Shown here one piece after another: positions 52,693-61,617 of a stretch of DNA of 64,000 bases. How positions within the stretch are numbered: the first letter of the stretch is position 1; every line of letters starts with the position of its first letter. The notes beneath the pieces are model-generated. The model had not been told where the DNA came from. It made no database searches and worked only from the letters and a program-made list of their open reading frames with translations. The stretch is from Candidatus Krumholzibacteriia bacterium (lineage in GTDB: Bacteria; Krumholzibacteriota; Krumholzibacteriia; LZORAL124-64-63), in contig JBFXKG010000018.1 of the NCBI GenBank assembly GCA_050174015.1, positions 25,510-89,509 of the forward strand, read 5' to 3'. A program made the position numbers and the translations under genes.

Positions 52693-53715
52693 CTACAGCG
52701 AACCGTCCGATTCGGACAGCCTCTTCTCGATCCAGAGCACGTCCTCCCGGCTCCCGATGTACAGCGGGACGCGCTGGTGCAGGTCCGTGGGCGCGATGTC
52801 CAGGATGCTGCGGCGGCCGTCGCTGGCGTAGCCGCCGGCGTTCTCGACGACCATGGCGAGGGGAGCGGCCTCGCACATCAGGCGCAGCTTGCCCTCGGGC
52901 TTGTCGGTGGTGGGAGGGTAGAGGTAGACGCCGCCGTACAGGAGGTTGCGGTGGAAGTCGGCCACCAGGGAGCCGATGTAGCGGGAGGTCATCCGGCCTC
53001 GGAAGGGGCCGCGTCCCCGCTTGAGTTCGTGGACCATGTCGATCACGGGGTCGGGCCAGAAGGGCTCGTAGGCCTCGTTGCACGAGTAGAGCCCGCCCTG
53101 GAAGGGGGTGGCGATGTTCTCGTGGCTGAGCAGGAACTCGCCGATGCTGGGGTCGAGGGTGAACCCGTGCACCCCGTGGCCGGCGGTGTAGACGAACATG
53201 GTGCTCGATCCGTAGACGATGTAGCCGGCCCCGACCAGTTCGCTGCCCGGCTGCAGCAGGTCCTCGATGCAGACGTGCTGGCGCCGGGAATGGCGGCGCC
53301 AGATGCCGAAGATGGTGCCGACCGAGACGTTGGCGTCGATGTTGGAGCTGCCGTCGAGGGGATCGAAGACCACGATGTAGCTGCCGGTGCCCTGGTTCGC
53401 CGGGACGAAGACGGGATCGGCCATCTCCTCGCTGCCCAGGATGCAGACCTGGCCGCGCTTGCCGAGGCACTTCAGGAAGATGCGGTTGGCGTAGTCGTCC
53501 AGCTTCTGGACCACCTCGCCCTGGACGTTCTCCTCCTCGGTGGCGCCGAGGATGTCGACCAGGCCGGCCTTGGTGACCTCGCGGCTGATGATCTTGGCCG
53601 CGAAGGTGATGTCGTTGAGCAGGCCGGTGAAGTCGCCGCTGGCTCCGGGGTGGAGGCTCTGGAGATCCAGGAAGTGCGATTCGATGGTCTGCAGGTTGCC
53701 GGGCAACTGGGTCAT
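52693..53715 (-). CDS. fbp: Class 1 fructose-1,6-bisphosphatase
   Basis: NVQGEVVQKLD, SEE, FDPLDGSSNID, RYIGSLVADFHR, GKLRLMCEAAP. Confidence 0.96.
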   Translation of the reverse strand: MTQLPGNLQTIESHFLDLQSLHPGASGDFTGLLNDITFAAKIISREVTKAGLVDILGATEEENVQGEVVQKLDDYANRIFLKCLGKRGQVCILGSEEMADPVFVPANQGTGSYIVVFDPLDGSSNIDANVSVGTIFGIWRRHSRRQHVCIEDLLQPGSELVGAGYIVYGSSTMFVYTAGHGVHGFTLDPSIGEFLLSHENIATPFQGGLYSCNEAYEPFWPDPVIDMVHELKRGRGPFRGRMTSRYIGSLVADFHRNLLYGGVYLYPPTTDKPEGKLRLMCEAAPLAMVVENAGGYASDGRRSILDIAPTDLHQRVPLYIGSREDVLWIEKRLSESDGSL

Positions 53716-53912
53716 GCCGTCTCCTGTCCCGCTGTTTTTCCCGCGGTCTTGCGTGTCCCGGGCCCCGCCGGGCGGGTCCGGGCGCGAAGCCCTCTGACCG
53801 GACCATTCTAACCCCAATTTCCCGGCGCACAAGGCTTGCCTTTTGGGGCCCGGTTTGCCATCGTCCGGCAGGAGAGACCTGCCGTTGTCCGCCGCAGCCG
53901 GAAGGAGACGCC

Positions 53913-55553
53913 ATGCCCGACGCGATGTTCGAAGTTCCCTATCCCCAGAACGAACCGGTGATGGGATACCTGGAGGGTTCGCCCGAGAAGAAGGAGCTCA
54001 AGGCCGCGCTGAAGGAGATGGCCGGGCGTCAGGTCGAGATCCCCCTGATCATCGGGGGCAAGGAGATCCGGACCGGCAAGACGGCCGACTGCGTGATGCC
54101 CCACGCGCACAAGCACGTGCTGGGCCGGTATCATCAGGGCGGCGAGAAGGAAGTCAAGCTGGCCATCAAGGAGGCCCAGAAGGCCAAGAAGGACTGGGCC
54201 GCCATGCCGTTCGAGCACCGCGCGGCGATCCTGCTGAAGGCCGCCGAGCTGCTGGCCGGCCGCCGGCGCATGACCCTCAACGCGGCGACCATGCTGGGCC
54301 AGAGCAAGAACCCGTTCCAGGCCGAGATCGACAGCGCCTGCGAGCTCATCGACTTCTGGCGCTTCAATCCCCACTTCGCGCAGCAGATCATGTCCGAGCA
54401 GCCCGAGAGCGCCCCGGGCATGTGGAACATGCTGGAGCAGCGGCCCCTCGACGGCTTCGTGTTCGCGGTGACGCCGTTCAACTTCACCAGCATCGCCGGC
54501 AACCTGCCGACCGCCCCGGCGCTCATGGGCAACACCTGCGTGTGGAAGCCCGCCTCGAGCTCGGTGTTCTCCGGCTACTACATCATGCGGATCCTCCAGG
54601 AAGCCGGGATGCCCGACGGCGTGATCAACTTCGTGCCCGGCAGCGGCGGCCAGATCGGCAACCCGGTCATGGCCAGCCCCGATCTCGGCGGCATCCACTT
54701 CACCGGCAGCACCTCGGTGTTCCAGGCGATGTGGAAGCAGATCGGCGACAACATCCAGAACTACGGCTGCTACCCGCGCATCGTCGGCGAGACCGGGGGC
54801 AAGGACTTCGTGTTCGCCCACCCCAGCGCCGACGTGGACGCGCTGGTCACCGCCCTGGTCCGGGGCGCCTTCGAGTACCAGGGCCAGAAGTGCAGCGCCG
54901 CCAGCCGGGCCTACGTGCCGGAAAGCCTGTGGAAGGAAGTGCGCCAGAAGCTGCTGGCCGCCGTCGCGTCCATCACCATGGGCGACGTGACCGACTTCCG
55001 CACCTTCATGGGAGCGGTCATCGACCGCGGGGCCTACACCGACATCAAGGGCTACATCGACCGGGCCAAGAGCAAGGACGCCAAGGGCAAGGCCAGGATC
55101 ATCGCCGGCGGCAAGTGCGACGACTCGGTGGGCTACTTCATCGAGCCCACGGTCATCCAGGCCACCGATCCGCTGTACGAGACCATGGTGCAGGAGATCT
55201 TCGGCCCGGTCCTGACGATCCACGTCTACCCGGACAAGGACCTGCTGAAGACCCTGCGGGTGTGCGACAAGTCGTCGGCCTACGCCCTGACCGGGGCGAT
55301 CTTCGGCCAGGACCGCGCGGCCCTGATCAGGATGAAGGAGGAGCTGACGGGCACCGCCGGCAACTTCTACATCAACGACAAGCCCACCGGGGCGGTGGTC
55401 GGGCAGCAGCCCTTCGGGGGCAGCCGGGCCAGCGGCACCAACGACAAGGCCGGCAGCTACCTGAACCTGATCCGGTGGACGACCCCGCGCACGGTCAAGG
55501 AGACGTTTGACCCGCCGCGGAATTATCCGTACCCATACATGTCCCACCGTTAG
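53913..55553 (+). CDS. pruA: L-glutamate gamma-semialdehyde (P5C) dehydrogenase
   Basis: NEPV, LGQSKN..QAEID, PFNFT, FTGST, GETGGKDF, FEYQGQKCSA, EIFGP, SGTNDKAG. Confidence 0.95.
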   Translation: MPDAMFEVPYPQNEPVMGYLEGSPEKKELKAALKEMAGRQVEIPLIIGGKEIRTGKTADCVMPHAHKHVLGRYHQGGEKEVKLAIKEAQKAKKDWAAMPFEHRAAILLKAAELLAGRRRMTLNAATMLGQSKNPFQAEIDSACELIDFWRFNPHFAQQIMSEQPESAPGMWNMLEQRPLDGFVFAVTPFNFTSIAGNLPTAPALMGNTCVWKPASSSVFSGYYIMRILQEAGMPDGVINFVPGSGGQIGNPVMASPDLGGIHFTGSTSVFQAMWKQIGDNIQNYGCYPRIVGETGGKDFVFAHPSADVDALVTALVRGAFEYQGQKCSAASRAYVPESLWKEVRQKLLAAVASITMGDVTDFRTFMGAVIDRGAYTDIKGYIDRAKSKDAKGKARIIAGGKCDDSVGYFIEPTVIQATDPLYETMVQEIFGPVLTIHVYPDKDLLKTLRVCDKSSAYALTGAIFGQDRAALIRMKEELTGTAGNFYINDKPTGAVVGQQPFGGSRASGTNDKAGSYLNLIRWTTPRTVKETFDPPRNYPYPYMSHR

Positions 55554-55598
55554 GAGCCTCGGGAGGCGTCCCGGGTCCGACGGGCGGGTGAACAAGCA

Positions 55599-55633
55599 GG
55601 GGGGCGGTCCGCAGAGCCGTCCCCCGTTCCTTT
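55599..55633. terminator. Hairpin between convergent pruA and fic
   Basis: GGGGGGCGGT-loop-GCCGTCCCCC followed by GTTCCTTT. Confidence 0.5.
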
Positions 55634-57203
55634 ATTCCCCTCCGGCGAACAGCCCGCAGAATCCCCGGCAGTCCCCCGTTTGCAGGGCCGCGGCGGCGGC
55701 GGCGAGGTAGTCCGCGCGCCGGTCGCCCGGGATCGTGCGCCAGGGCTGGCCCGCGCCCGCCTGCAGCACGTTCTGGACGAGCCGCGCCATGCGGCCGTTG
55801 CCGCGCATCCAGGGCTGGATCCACAGCAACCCCAGGTGAACGGCCGCCGCGCGGACCGCCGCATCGCAGGGGCGGGCGGCGTGCCAACCCCTGAGGGCCT
55901 CGAGGCACGGCGCGACGTCTCGGGGAGCGGGCGGGATCCAGTCCGCGGGGAACACGGCACCGGCCCTTTCCCGGTAGCGGCGGAGGCTGCGGGCGGGCAT
56001 CAGGCCGGCCTGGGCCCAGGGGCGCATCAGGACCAGGTAGAGCCGGCGCAGTCGGTCGCGGGAGAGGTCCGCATCGGCGCCCTGCATGAGGTCCAGCACC
56101 ATCATGCGGGCCAGGTCGAGGGCGTCCAGGTGGCCCTGCACCGAGACCAGCACCACCGGATCCGTGTCGCCGGGCAGGGCGGCGAACGTCTCGCCGCGGG
56201 TGATGCGGGCCACCGGATCGGCGGCCGGCCAGAGAGGGGACCGGGCCGTGGCGCCCTGCCGGCGTTCGGCCAGGGCCCGGACCAGTTCCCGGTCCACGCC
56301 GAGGCCGGCCAGACGCAGGGAATGCCAGGTGTCGTCCACCATGCGGTCGGCGGTGGCCGCAAGATGCTGCACCAGGGCGGGGCGGGCGACCGGGTCGCGG
56401 GGCAGGTGACGGTCCAGGTCGTCGGCCCAGTCGGCCAGCCTGGCCGCCAGGAGTTCGGCGGGTGTCGGGGGCGGGGTGCGGCCGGGCTGCCCGGTGGGCC
56501 TGCCCGGACGTCGGGCGGCATCGATCACGAGGCCGGCGCGTCCCAGGTTCCGCGCGAGGTCGGCGGCCTGATCGGGACGGCCGGCCTCCCCGAGCAGGGC
56601 ATGGATGTGGCCGGCGGCCGTGGCGAGTCCCCCCTCGATCAGGGTGCGGGTCAGGCCGGGCCAGTCCCCGACCGCCAGGACCGCGCGGGAAAGCAGCGGC
56701 CGGTGGTCGAGCCACTGGCGACCGCGGATGCGGGGCAGGGCGGTCTCGGGCGCCATGGCGCGGATGCCGCGGTGGACTTCGAGGTGGGCGGGCAGGGCGT
56801 CCGGGTCGGGGCGAACGACCAGGCGGGTCAAACCGATCAGGCGCTGGACGGTCGCCCCGCCGCCTGCGGCAAGGACGGTCACCCGGTCGGGAAGGGTCGT
56901 GGGCTCCAGAAGGAACTGCAGGCTGGATAGGGGACAGAGGCACCAGCCGTCCCGGCAGCGGCGGTCGAGGTAGGCGGCCAGGAAGAGCTGCAGATCGACG
57001 GCGGGATCGGGGGGGAGGGCGAGTCCCAGCCGGACCTCGGCCAGGATGGACCATCCGCGCATCACCGGGCGCAGCAGGCCGGCCGCGGTAAGCATCTCGC
57101 GGTCGGCCCGGCTCAGGGTGCCGGGTCCCAGGACGGTCTGCCTGGCGGCATCCTGGGCCCTCAAGTAGGCCGCCTGGAGGCGATGGGGAAGGGAGGTCGG
57201 CAT
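55632..57203 (-). CDS. Large Fic-domain protein with non-canonical motif
   Basis: AAAVHLGLLWIQPWMRGNGRMARL matches Fic HPFxDGNGRxxR except at the His and Asp positions; WHSLRLAG resembles the Fic N-terminal S..IEG helix. Confidence 0.8.
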   Translation of the reverse strand: MPTSLPHRLQAAYLRAQDAARQTVLGPGTLSRADREMLTAAGLLRPVMRGWSILAEVRLGLALPPDPAVDLQLFLAAYLDRRCRDGWCLCPLSSLQFLLEPTTLPDRVTVLAAGGGATVQRLIGLTRLVVRPDPDALPAHLEVHRGIRAMAPETALPRIRGRQWLDHRPLLSRAVLAVGDWPGLTRTLIEGGLATAAGHIHALLGEAGRPDQAADLARNLGRAGLVIDAARRPGRPTGQPGRTPPPTPAELLAARLADWADDLDRHLPRDPVARPALVQHLAATADRMVDDTWHSLRLAGLGVDRELVRALAERRQGATARSPLWPAADPVARITRGETFAALPGDTDPVVLVSVQGHLDALDLARMMVLDLMQGADADLSRDRLRRLYLVLMRPWAQAGLMPARSLRRYRERAGAVFPADWIPPAPRDVAPCLEALRGWHAARPCDAAVRAAAVHLGLLWIQPWMRGNGRMARLVQNVLQAGAGQPWRTIPGDRRADYLAAAAAALQTGDCRGFCGLFAGGE

Positions 57204-57413
57204 GGTCGGGCTCCGGGTCGGGGTTTCCGGCCGGATGTTCGGTCATTTCGATGAGTTGGTGTAGGGGAAATTGGTGGGTTCCGGATGGTGGGCGCGGGGC
57301 TGTTAGCGATAACTCGTTCTTGTTGAATGAATTAAGTGAATATTCCGATGGTCAGCCGTGAGGCGAAAATCATGGTCAAGTGCGGACAAGGGAGTCGGCG
57401 ACGGGGGCGGGGG

Positions 57414-57501
57414 TGGTGCCGGAGGTGGGACTTGAACCCACACGTTCCAGAGGAACACTGGATTTTGAGTCCAGCGCGTCTACCAATTCCACCACTCCGG
57501 C
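57414..57501 (-). tRNA. tRNA-Leu(CAA)
   Basis: GCCGGAGTGGTGGAATTGGTAGAC...CTGGA-CTCAAAA-TCCAG, long variable arm, GGTTCAAGTCC, encoded CCA. Confidence 0.97.
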
Positions 57502-57541
57502 ACGGGCGGAAACAGGCGGCAAACCACCGCCAAGGCTCCGG

Positions 57542-57570
57542 ATGTTAGCCCCGGTCCCGGGCAAAGTCAA
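57542..57570 (-). promoter_or_regulatory. Putative sigma70 promoter of tRNA-Leu
   Basis: Minus strand TTGACT-N17-TAACAT. Confidence 0.6.
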
Positions 57571-57584
57571 GTTGGGGGAATTGT

Positions 57585-57612
57585 TTGACACGGGGGGGAG
57601 AAATGCTATATT
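57585..57612 (+). promoter_or_regulatory. Putative sigma70 promoter of tRNA-Ala
   Basis: TTGACA-N16-TATATT with extended TG. Confidence 0.65.
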
Positions 57613-57630
57613 TCCCGCCTTGACTCGGGT

Positions 57631-57706
57631 GGGGCCATAGCTCAGCTGGGAGAGCGCATGACTGGCAGTCATGAGGTCAGGGGTTCGATCCCCCTTGGCT
57701 CCACCA
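57631..57706 (+). tRNA. tRNA-Ala(GGC)
   Basis: GGGGCCATAGCTCAGCTGGGAGAGCG-CATGA-CTGGCAG-TCATG...GGTTCGATCC...CCACCA; 76 nt, G3:U70 pair. Confidence 0.98.
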
Positions 57707-57723
57707 CCTAAAACTCGAAGCAG

Positions 57724-57763
57724 CGCAAGGGGTTCGGCAGATGTCGGGCCTTTTTCTTTTGCG
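57724..57763 (+). terminator. Terminator after tRNA-Ala
   Basis: GGTTCGGCA...TGTCGGGCC stem followed by TTTTTCTTTT. Confidence 0.6.
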
Positions 57764-57867
57764 GTAAAGTGCGCCCGAAAAATGAAATTTATCAACAGGA
57801 TTATCAACAAAAACGCCCGCGGTGGCCAGGTGTTTCGCTGGAATAATGGCAACAGGGGGGTAAAAAG

Positions 57868-58542
57868 CTATGAACTGCGTTTGGCAATCCAAGAAAAAAA
57901 GTTAATTAGAAAGCCCACTACTGCAATTGCACTTAACGTAGGCCATCCACCAAAGTAACCAATAATTCCAAGTGCAATAAACCCCCAAAAGAGGATGCCA
58001 TCCCAAGGGATGGGCTCATTTCTGGGAGCAAAGGAGTATTGATTTCCCGAAATGACACTTTGGGTTTGGGGAATAGATGGCTTTTCTGGAATAGGATGAC
58101 CCCGTGAGGGGGGGGTAGGTACTTCGGGATCAGGGTTGGATTGAATTGTTGGGCAGTTGGAGATTGGGGCAAAATCTAATTCCCCAATAAATTCATGGCA
58201 TATTTCTATTCCAGGCCAGCCTCTGACGATGGTGGCGGCTTCAAATGCAGAAACTCGAAAGAACTCCTTGTCTGCACGCTTGTCCCTCAACTCCCTATGA
58301 ATTGCCTGTTCCAATCCATGAGCATTCACAACGAAAGCATAATAGGCGACTTCCCATTTGCCAGGGACCCCAGTCCCGTTCAATTCGTCAACCCTGGCTT
58401 CAGGGTCGCGGTTTGAATACCCAATTTTCACCAGATCCGGAATTATCCGGTTCGCCAGAACGTAGACAAACCCTTTGTATCGTGCTTGGGGAGGGGGGGT
58501 GATATAGAAAAAAATCTTATCGTCAGGTTTCCTGTTGGCCAC
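57868..58542 (-). CDS. T5orf172/GIY-YIG-like domain protein with C-terminal TM helices
   Basis: GFVYVL...LVKIGYS.RDPEARV.EL..TGVP...LEQAIHREL...KEFF, Pro-rich linker, two hydrophobic helices; GTG at 58542 after GGGGG. Confidence 0.82.
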   Translation of the reverse strand: MANRKPDDKIFFYITPPPQARYKGFVYVLANRIIPDLVKIGYSNRDPEARVDELNGTGVPGKWEVAYYAFVVNAHGLEQAIHRELRDKRADKEFFRVSAFEAATIVRGWPGIEICHEFIGELDFAPISNCPTIQSNPDPEVPTPPSRGHPIPEKPSIPQTQSVISGNQYSFAPRNEPIPWDGILFWGFIALGIIGYFGGWPTLSAIAVVGFLINFFSWIAKRSS

Positions 58543-59146
58543 TTGATCCCCCGATGCCGTGCCGGGGCGCCAACCGGTACAAAAAAAGTCTATTTTTTTG
58601 ATCCGAATCCATATCCACCCAAAAAGCCCAACAGGGCTGTCTTGTCCGGCGATCAGTTCGAGATCGGCCCGCATGCAGGTCAGGAATTTGGGGCGACGCA
58701 GGAGGTCTGTTTCGCCTGCATGGTGGCGGGATAGACGTAAGCCATTGGCAAGGTGCCGCCGCGAAGCAGGCCGGCGAACTTGTGGGAGTGCTGTAGTATT
58801 TAGACTTTCCGCCGTTTAGGGCCTTCATGTATAGTGCGAGTCTAGGGACAAAGGGGACGTCATGAGGCGCATAGGTCTGCGAGCCAAAACCAGGTGAAGT
58901 TGCACTCGGCTCCGACGACGATTTCGGGACGAAAGGAATCGGTGGCTTCAAGGAAGTCAAAAGGCTCGACGGGCGGGTAGCCTCCTCCGTCCGGACGGGA
59001 TGCTTACCCTTTCGATGAGCCGGAATGCGGTGGTGCATGCTGACTATGATCGGATCATGCTGGGGTTGAGAAAGGCCGTCTGATCAGGAATTTTTTGGAA
59101 AGTTGGGGTCAAGAGGATATACCTATTAAGCAACGAGGAGAACCTG

Positions 59147-59644
59147 ATGAGAAGTCCATTTGCCCTTGCGGTTGCAATATTGGTGTATTCAAATCTCGCT
59201 GCGACTTTCAGTCCTGTGCAGGCGAGCGGCTCCCCTGATTCTACTCTGGCAAATACGATTGCCAGTGAGGGGGAGAGTCGCGAGTCGCCTTTGCTAGCCA
59301 TAGCGAGGCTAGAGGGACGCGTTGAAGGCTTAGCGCTTCAACTTGAGACAGAACGTGATATTGCAAAGAAAGTACTCGATTCAGTCGAATTGACCATCAC
59401 CATATGGACAGCGGCCGTAGCCCTCATAGCCCTTATACTTGCGGCACTCGGCTACTCCAACCTTAGAACCTACATGGTATCAACGATTAATCGTAAAGTT
59501 CGAAGTTCTGTTGATGAAATAGTTGAGGAAAGGTGCGTGGATGCGATTAGAAGGCAGGAGTTAAAGTGGGATCAGAAATTCGATAAGCTCTATAAACGCA
59601 TTGAGCGTCTCAACTATGGCGGTAGCGCGGGAGAGTCAGAATGA
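59147..59644 (+). CDS. Hypothetical single-pass membrane protein (signal, coiled coil, TM, cytoplasmic helix)
   Basis: GAGGAG RBS; signal-like N-terminus ending VQA; TM ITIWTAAVALIALILAALGY; ATGA overlap with the next gene. Confidence 0.78.
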   Translation: MRSPFALAVAILVYSNLAATFSPVQASGSPDSTLANTIASEGESRESPLLAIARLEGRVEGLALQLETERDIAKKVLDSVELTITIWTAAVALIALILAALGYSNLRTYMVSTINRKVRSSVDEIVEERCVDAIRRQELKWDQKFDKLYKRIERLNYGGSAGESE

Positions 59645-61617
59645 CAACAGAATCTAATCGGCTGCCCTCCCCACTTTATTGTGATTTATTTTATGGGAAC
59701 CCGGGTGCGGACCAATTCCGCTCCGAACACGCACGAGTATGGCTAATGGTGCTGCTTAAGGATGGGGGATGCATTACTCCCACAGAAGTTGTAACGAGAT
59801 TCTGCGGGGACTACCCCGGGATGAAAATCAAAACAGACGATGCGGTCGCACTAATGAAACGACTCGTTGACGAGGGTGTTCTTTTAGCCAATGGAACAGG
59901 TTACGAACTGTCGAAACCTAGCCAGAGAGAAGTCGCCAACGCCCAACAAAAGTACAACCAATCTAGAAACCAGTACTTAGATGGAATTCGTGCCTATATT
60001 GAACGAAAGCTCGATGGCGATATCGATGATCATGAACTTGAATCAATAATTGAGTGCGTCGATGATCTCACGCTCCGCGTTATGATATCAGAACGGGAAG
60101 CTCTCGAAGTTTTATATGGTCAGAAAGGGAATTTTAACTACGTGGCTAATGAAGCACGTCGGCGCGCCGCAGACCTTGATCTTTGTCTTGAGAGCAAGTT
60201 GGCAAATGTTTTAGCTTTGCGGCGGCTCGAACTAAGGGTGGAGGCAATTCAGGGCATATCTCATGCAGTCGAATTTGGGAAAAATTACCTTCACACGTTA
60301 AACCGATCAATAGTTAGTTCATTTTTCCTCATACGAGACCCCCACCACGTTGAGAATATCCGCAAGCAAGCAACAGGAAGAACCTATTATCTAGATACTA
60401 ACGTCTACTTGGCGTGGGTATATCGATCTCAACCATCTCATACTATTGTACGCACATTAATGAACGCATTGTCTCGTCATGGGGCCCATTTATGCATACT
60501 TCCAGAAACTGTTGAGGAAATACGGCGGATAGAGGCTGAGGTAGAGCGCGCGGTCCCACGGGCCAATGGCGATCCTACGTACGCCAAGTTTCTCGTGAAC
60601 AACCGGAAAGCTATCTTTACCGATTTTTGGTGGGCGAGGCAGGAAGACCAAAACCTGAAGTTTAGTGTGTTTGCGGAACTTTATATGAACCCAGACAGCA
60701 TTTTGAAACGCCTTAGAATTATTGTTGAGCCAATCGAATTTGAGGAAGGTGAAAATTTCGAATCTGAAGTTCCGACATTTAGGAATGCAATTCGGGGTGT
60801 GAAAGAGGATCGACATAGAGTGGTGAGGGAGGAGGCGCTTGAACACGACGCACAAGCACTTCTTAGGGTCGGAAAGCTTCAATTGCGAGGCGAGCGCGAT
60901 GCTTGGGGAAGTCTCGTTCAATTTCTATCGCTAGATAGCTCCCTCGGGGTGGCGGTTGATGAAGTCAGGAATGTTCTAAATCGTCGTCTGGAGCGACCTA
61001 CGCATCCACTTGCTCTTGCAAATATCTATCTGCCTACGGCAGGACATGAAGTCGACCAGAACGAGTATGAAGATTTTGTTGTGGCCGCAGTACGGCGAAA
61101 TCTTGGGCTAATGGATGAAGTTTCGGGCTACAGCAGCGTTGCTCTTGTGGACAAACTTGACCAAGCTGGGATTCCCACGAAGACTCTGTTAGCTGCGCCT
61201 CGTGAGCTACTCGAACCAGCTTTGGCGCAGTTGCAAGGACGGAAGAATCTCAACCGACGCCTTGATCTGCTACTCGCCACTCCTATAGAGAAGCGGGAAG
61301 AATTGGTGATTGGGATACAGAAAGACCTTGAGGAAGCCATTTCAGTTGGCTCAGATCTTCTTCGCGAAAAAGAAGAGCAGTACGTGGAAGAGGCGGCAGC
61401 GAGGCGCGACGTACAAGGTCGCCTTGAAGAAATGAATCGAGAACTGACTGAGGTCCGAATATGTCTTGAAGGCAAAAGAAAGCGATTAATTGACGAGGAG
61501 TCAGCCGTCGAGGAGTTGCGTGATCGATTGCGCCGCATGTCGATCCGAGTTGGAGTTGCATTTACTTTCGCTGTTGTAGTTATCGGTGTGCTAATTTTCT
61601 TGCTTCTTTCCAGGTGA
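59641..61617 (+). CDS. Hypothetical protein: wHTH-like N-terminus, PIN-like domain, coiled coil, C-terminal TM anchor
   Basis: 658-codon ORF in AT-richer DNA; YYLDTNV, PETVEE, EHDA, FLSLD; terminal VGVAFTFAVVVIGVLIFLLL. Confidence 0.8.
   Translation: MTTESNRLPSPLYCDLFYGNPGADQFRSEHARVWLMVLLKDGGCITPTEVVTRFCGDYPGMKIKTDDAVALMKRLVDEGVLLANGTGYELSKPSQREVANAQQKYNQSRNQYLDGIRAYIERKLDGDIDDHELESIIECVDDLTLRVMISEREALEVLYGQKGNFNYVANEARRRAADLDLCLESKLANVLALRRLELRVEAIQGISHAVEFGKNYLHTLNRSIVSSFFLIRDPHHVENIRKQATGRTYYLDTNVYLAWVYRSQPSHTIVRTLMNALSRHGAHLCILPETVEEIRRIEAEVERAVPRANGDPTYAKFLVNNRKAIFTDFWWARQEDQNLKFSVFAELYMNPDSILKRLRIIVEPIEFEEGENFESEVPTFRNAIRGVKEDRHRVVREEALEHDAQALLRVGKLQLRGERDAWGSLVQFLSLDSSLGVAVDEVRNVLNRRLERPTHPLALANIYLPTAGHEVDQNEYEDFVVAAVRRNLGLMDEVSGYSSVALVDKLDQAGIPTKTLLAAPRELLEPALAQLQGRKNLNRRLDLLLATPIEKREELVIGIQKDLEEAISVGSDLLREKEEQYVEEAAARRDVQGRLEEMNRELTEVRICLEGKRKRLIDEESAVEELRDRLRRMSIRVGVAFTFAVVVIGVLIFLLLSR

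Noticed and set aside
58523-59038. 171-aa minus-strand ORF in the islet spacer
   Set aside because: Pro/Ser-rich, no RBS or motif, and it overlaps the likely start of the GIY-YIG-like gene.
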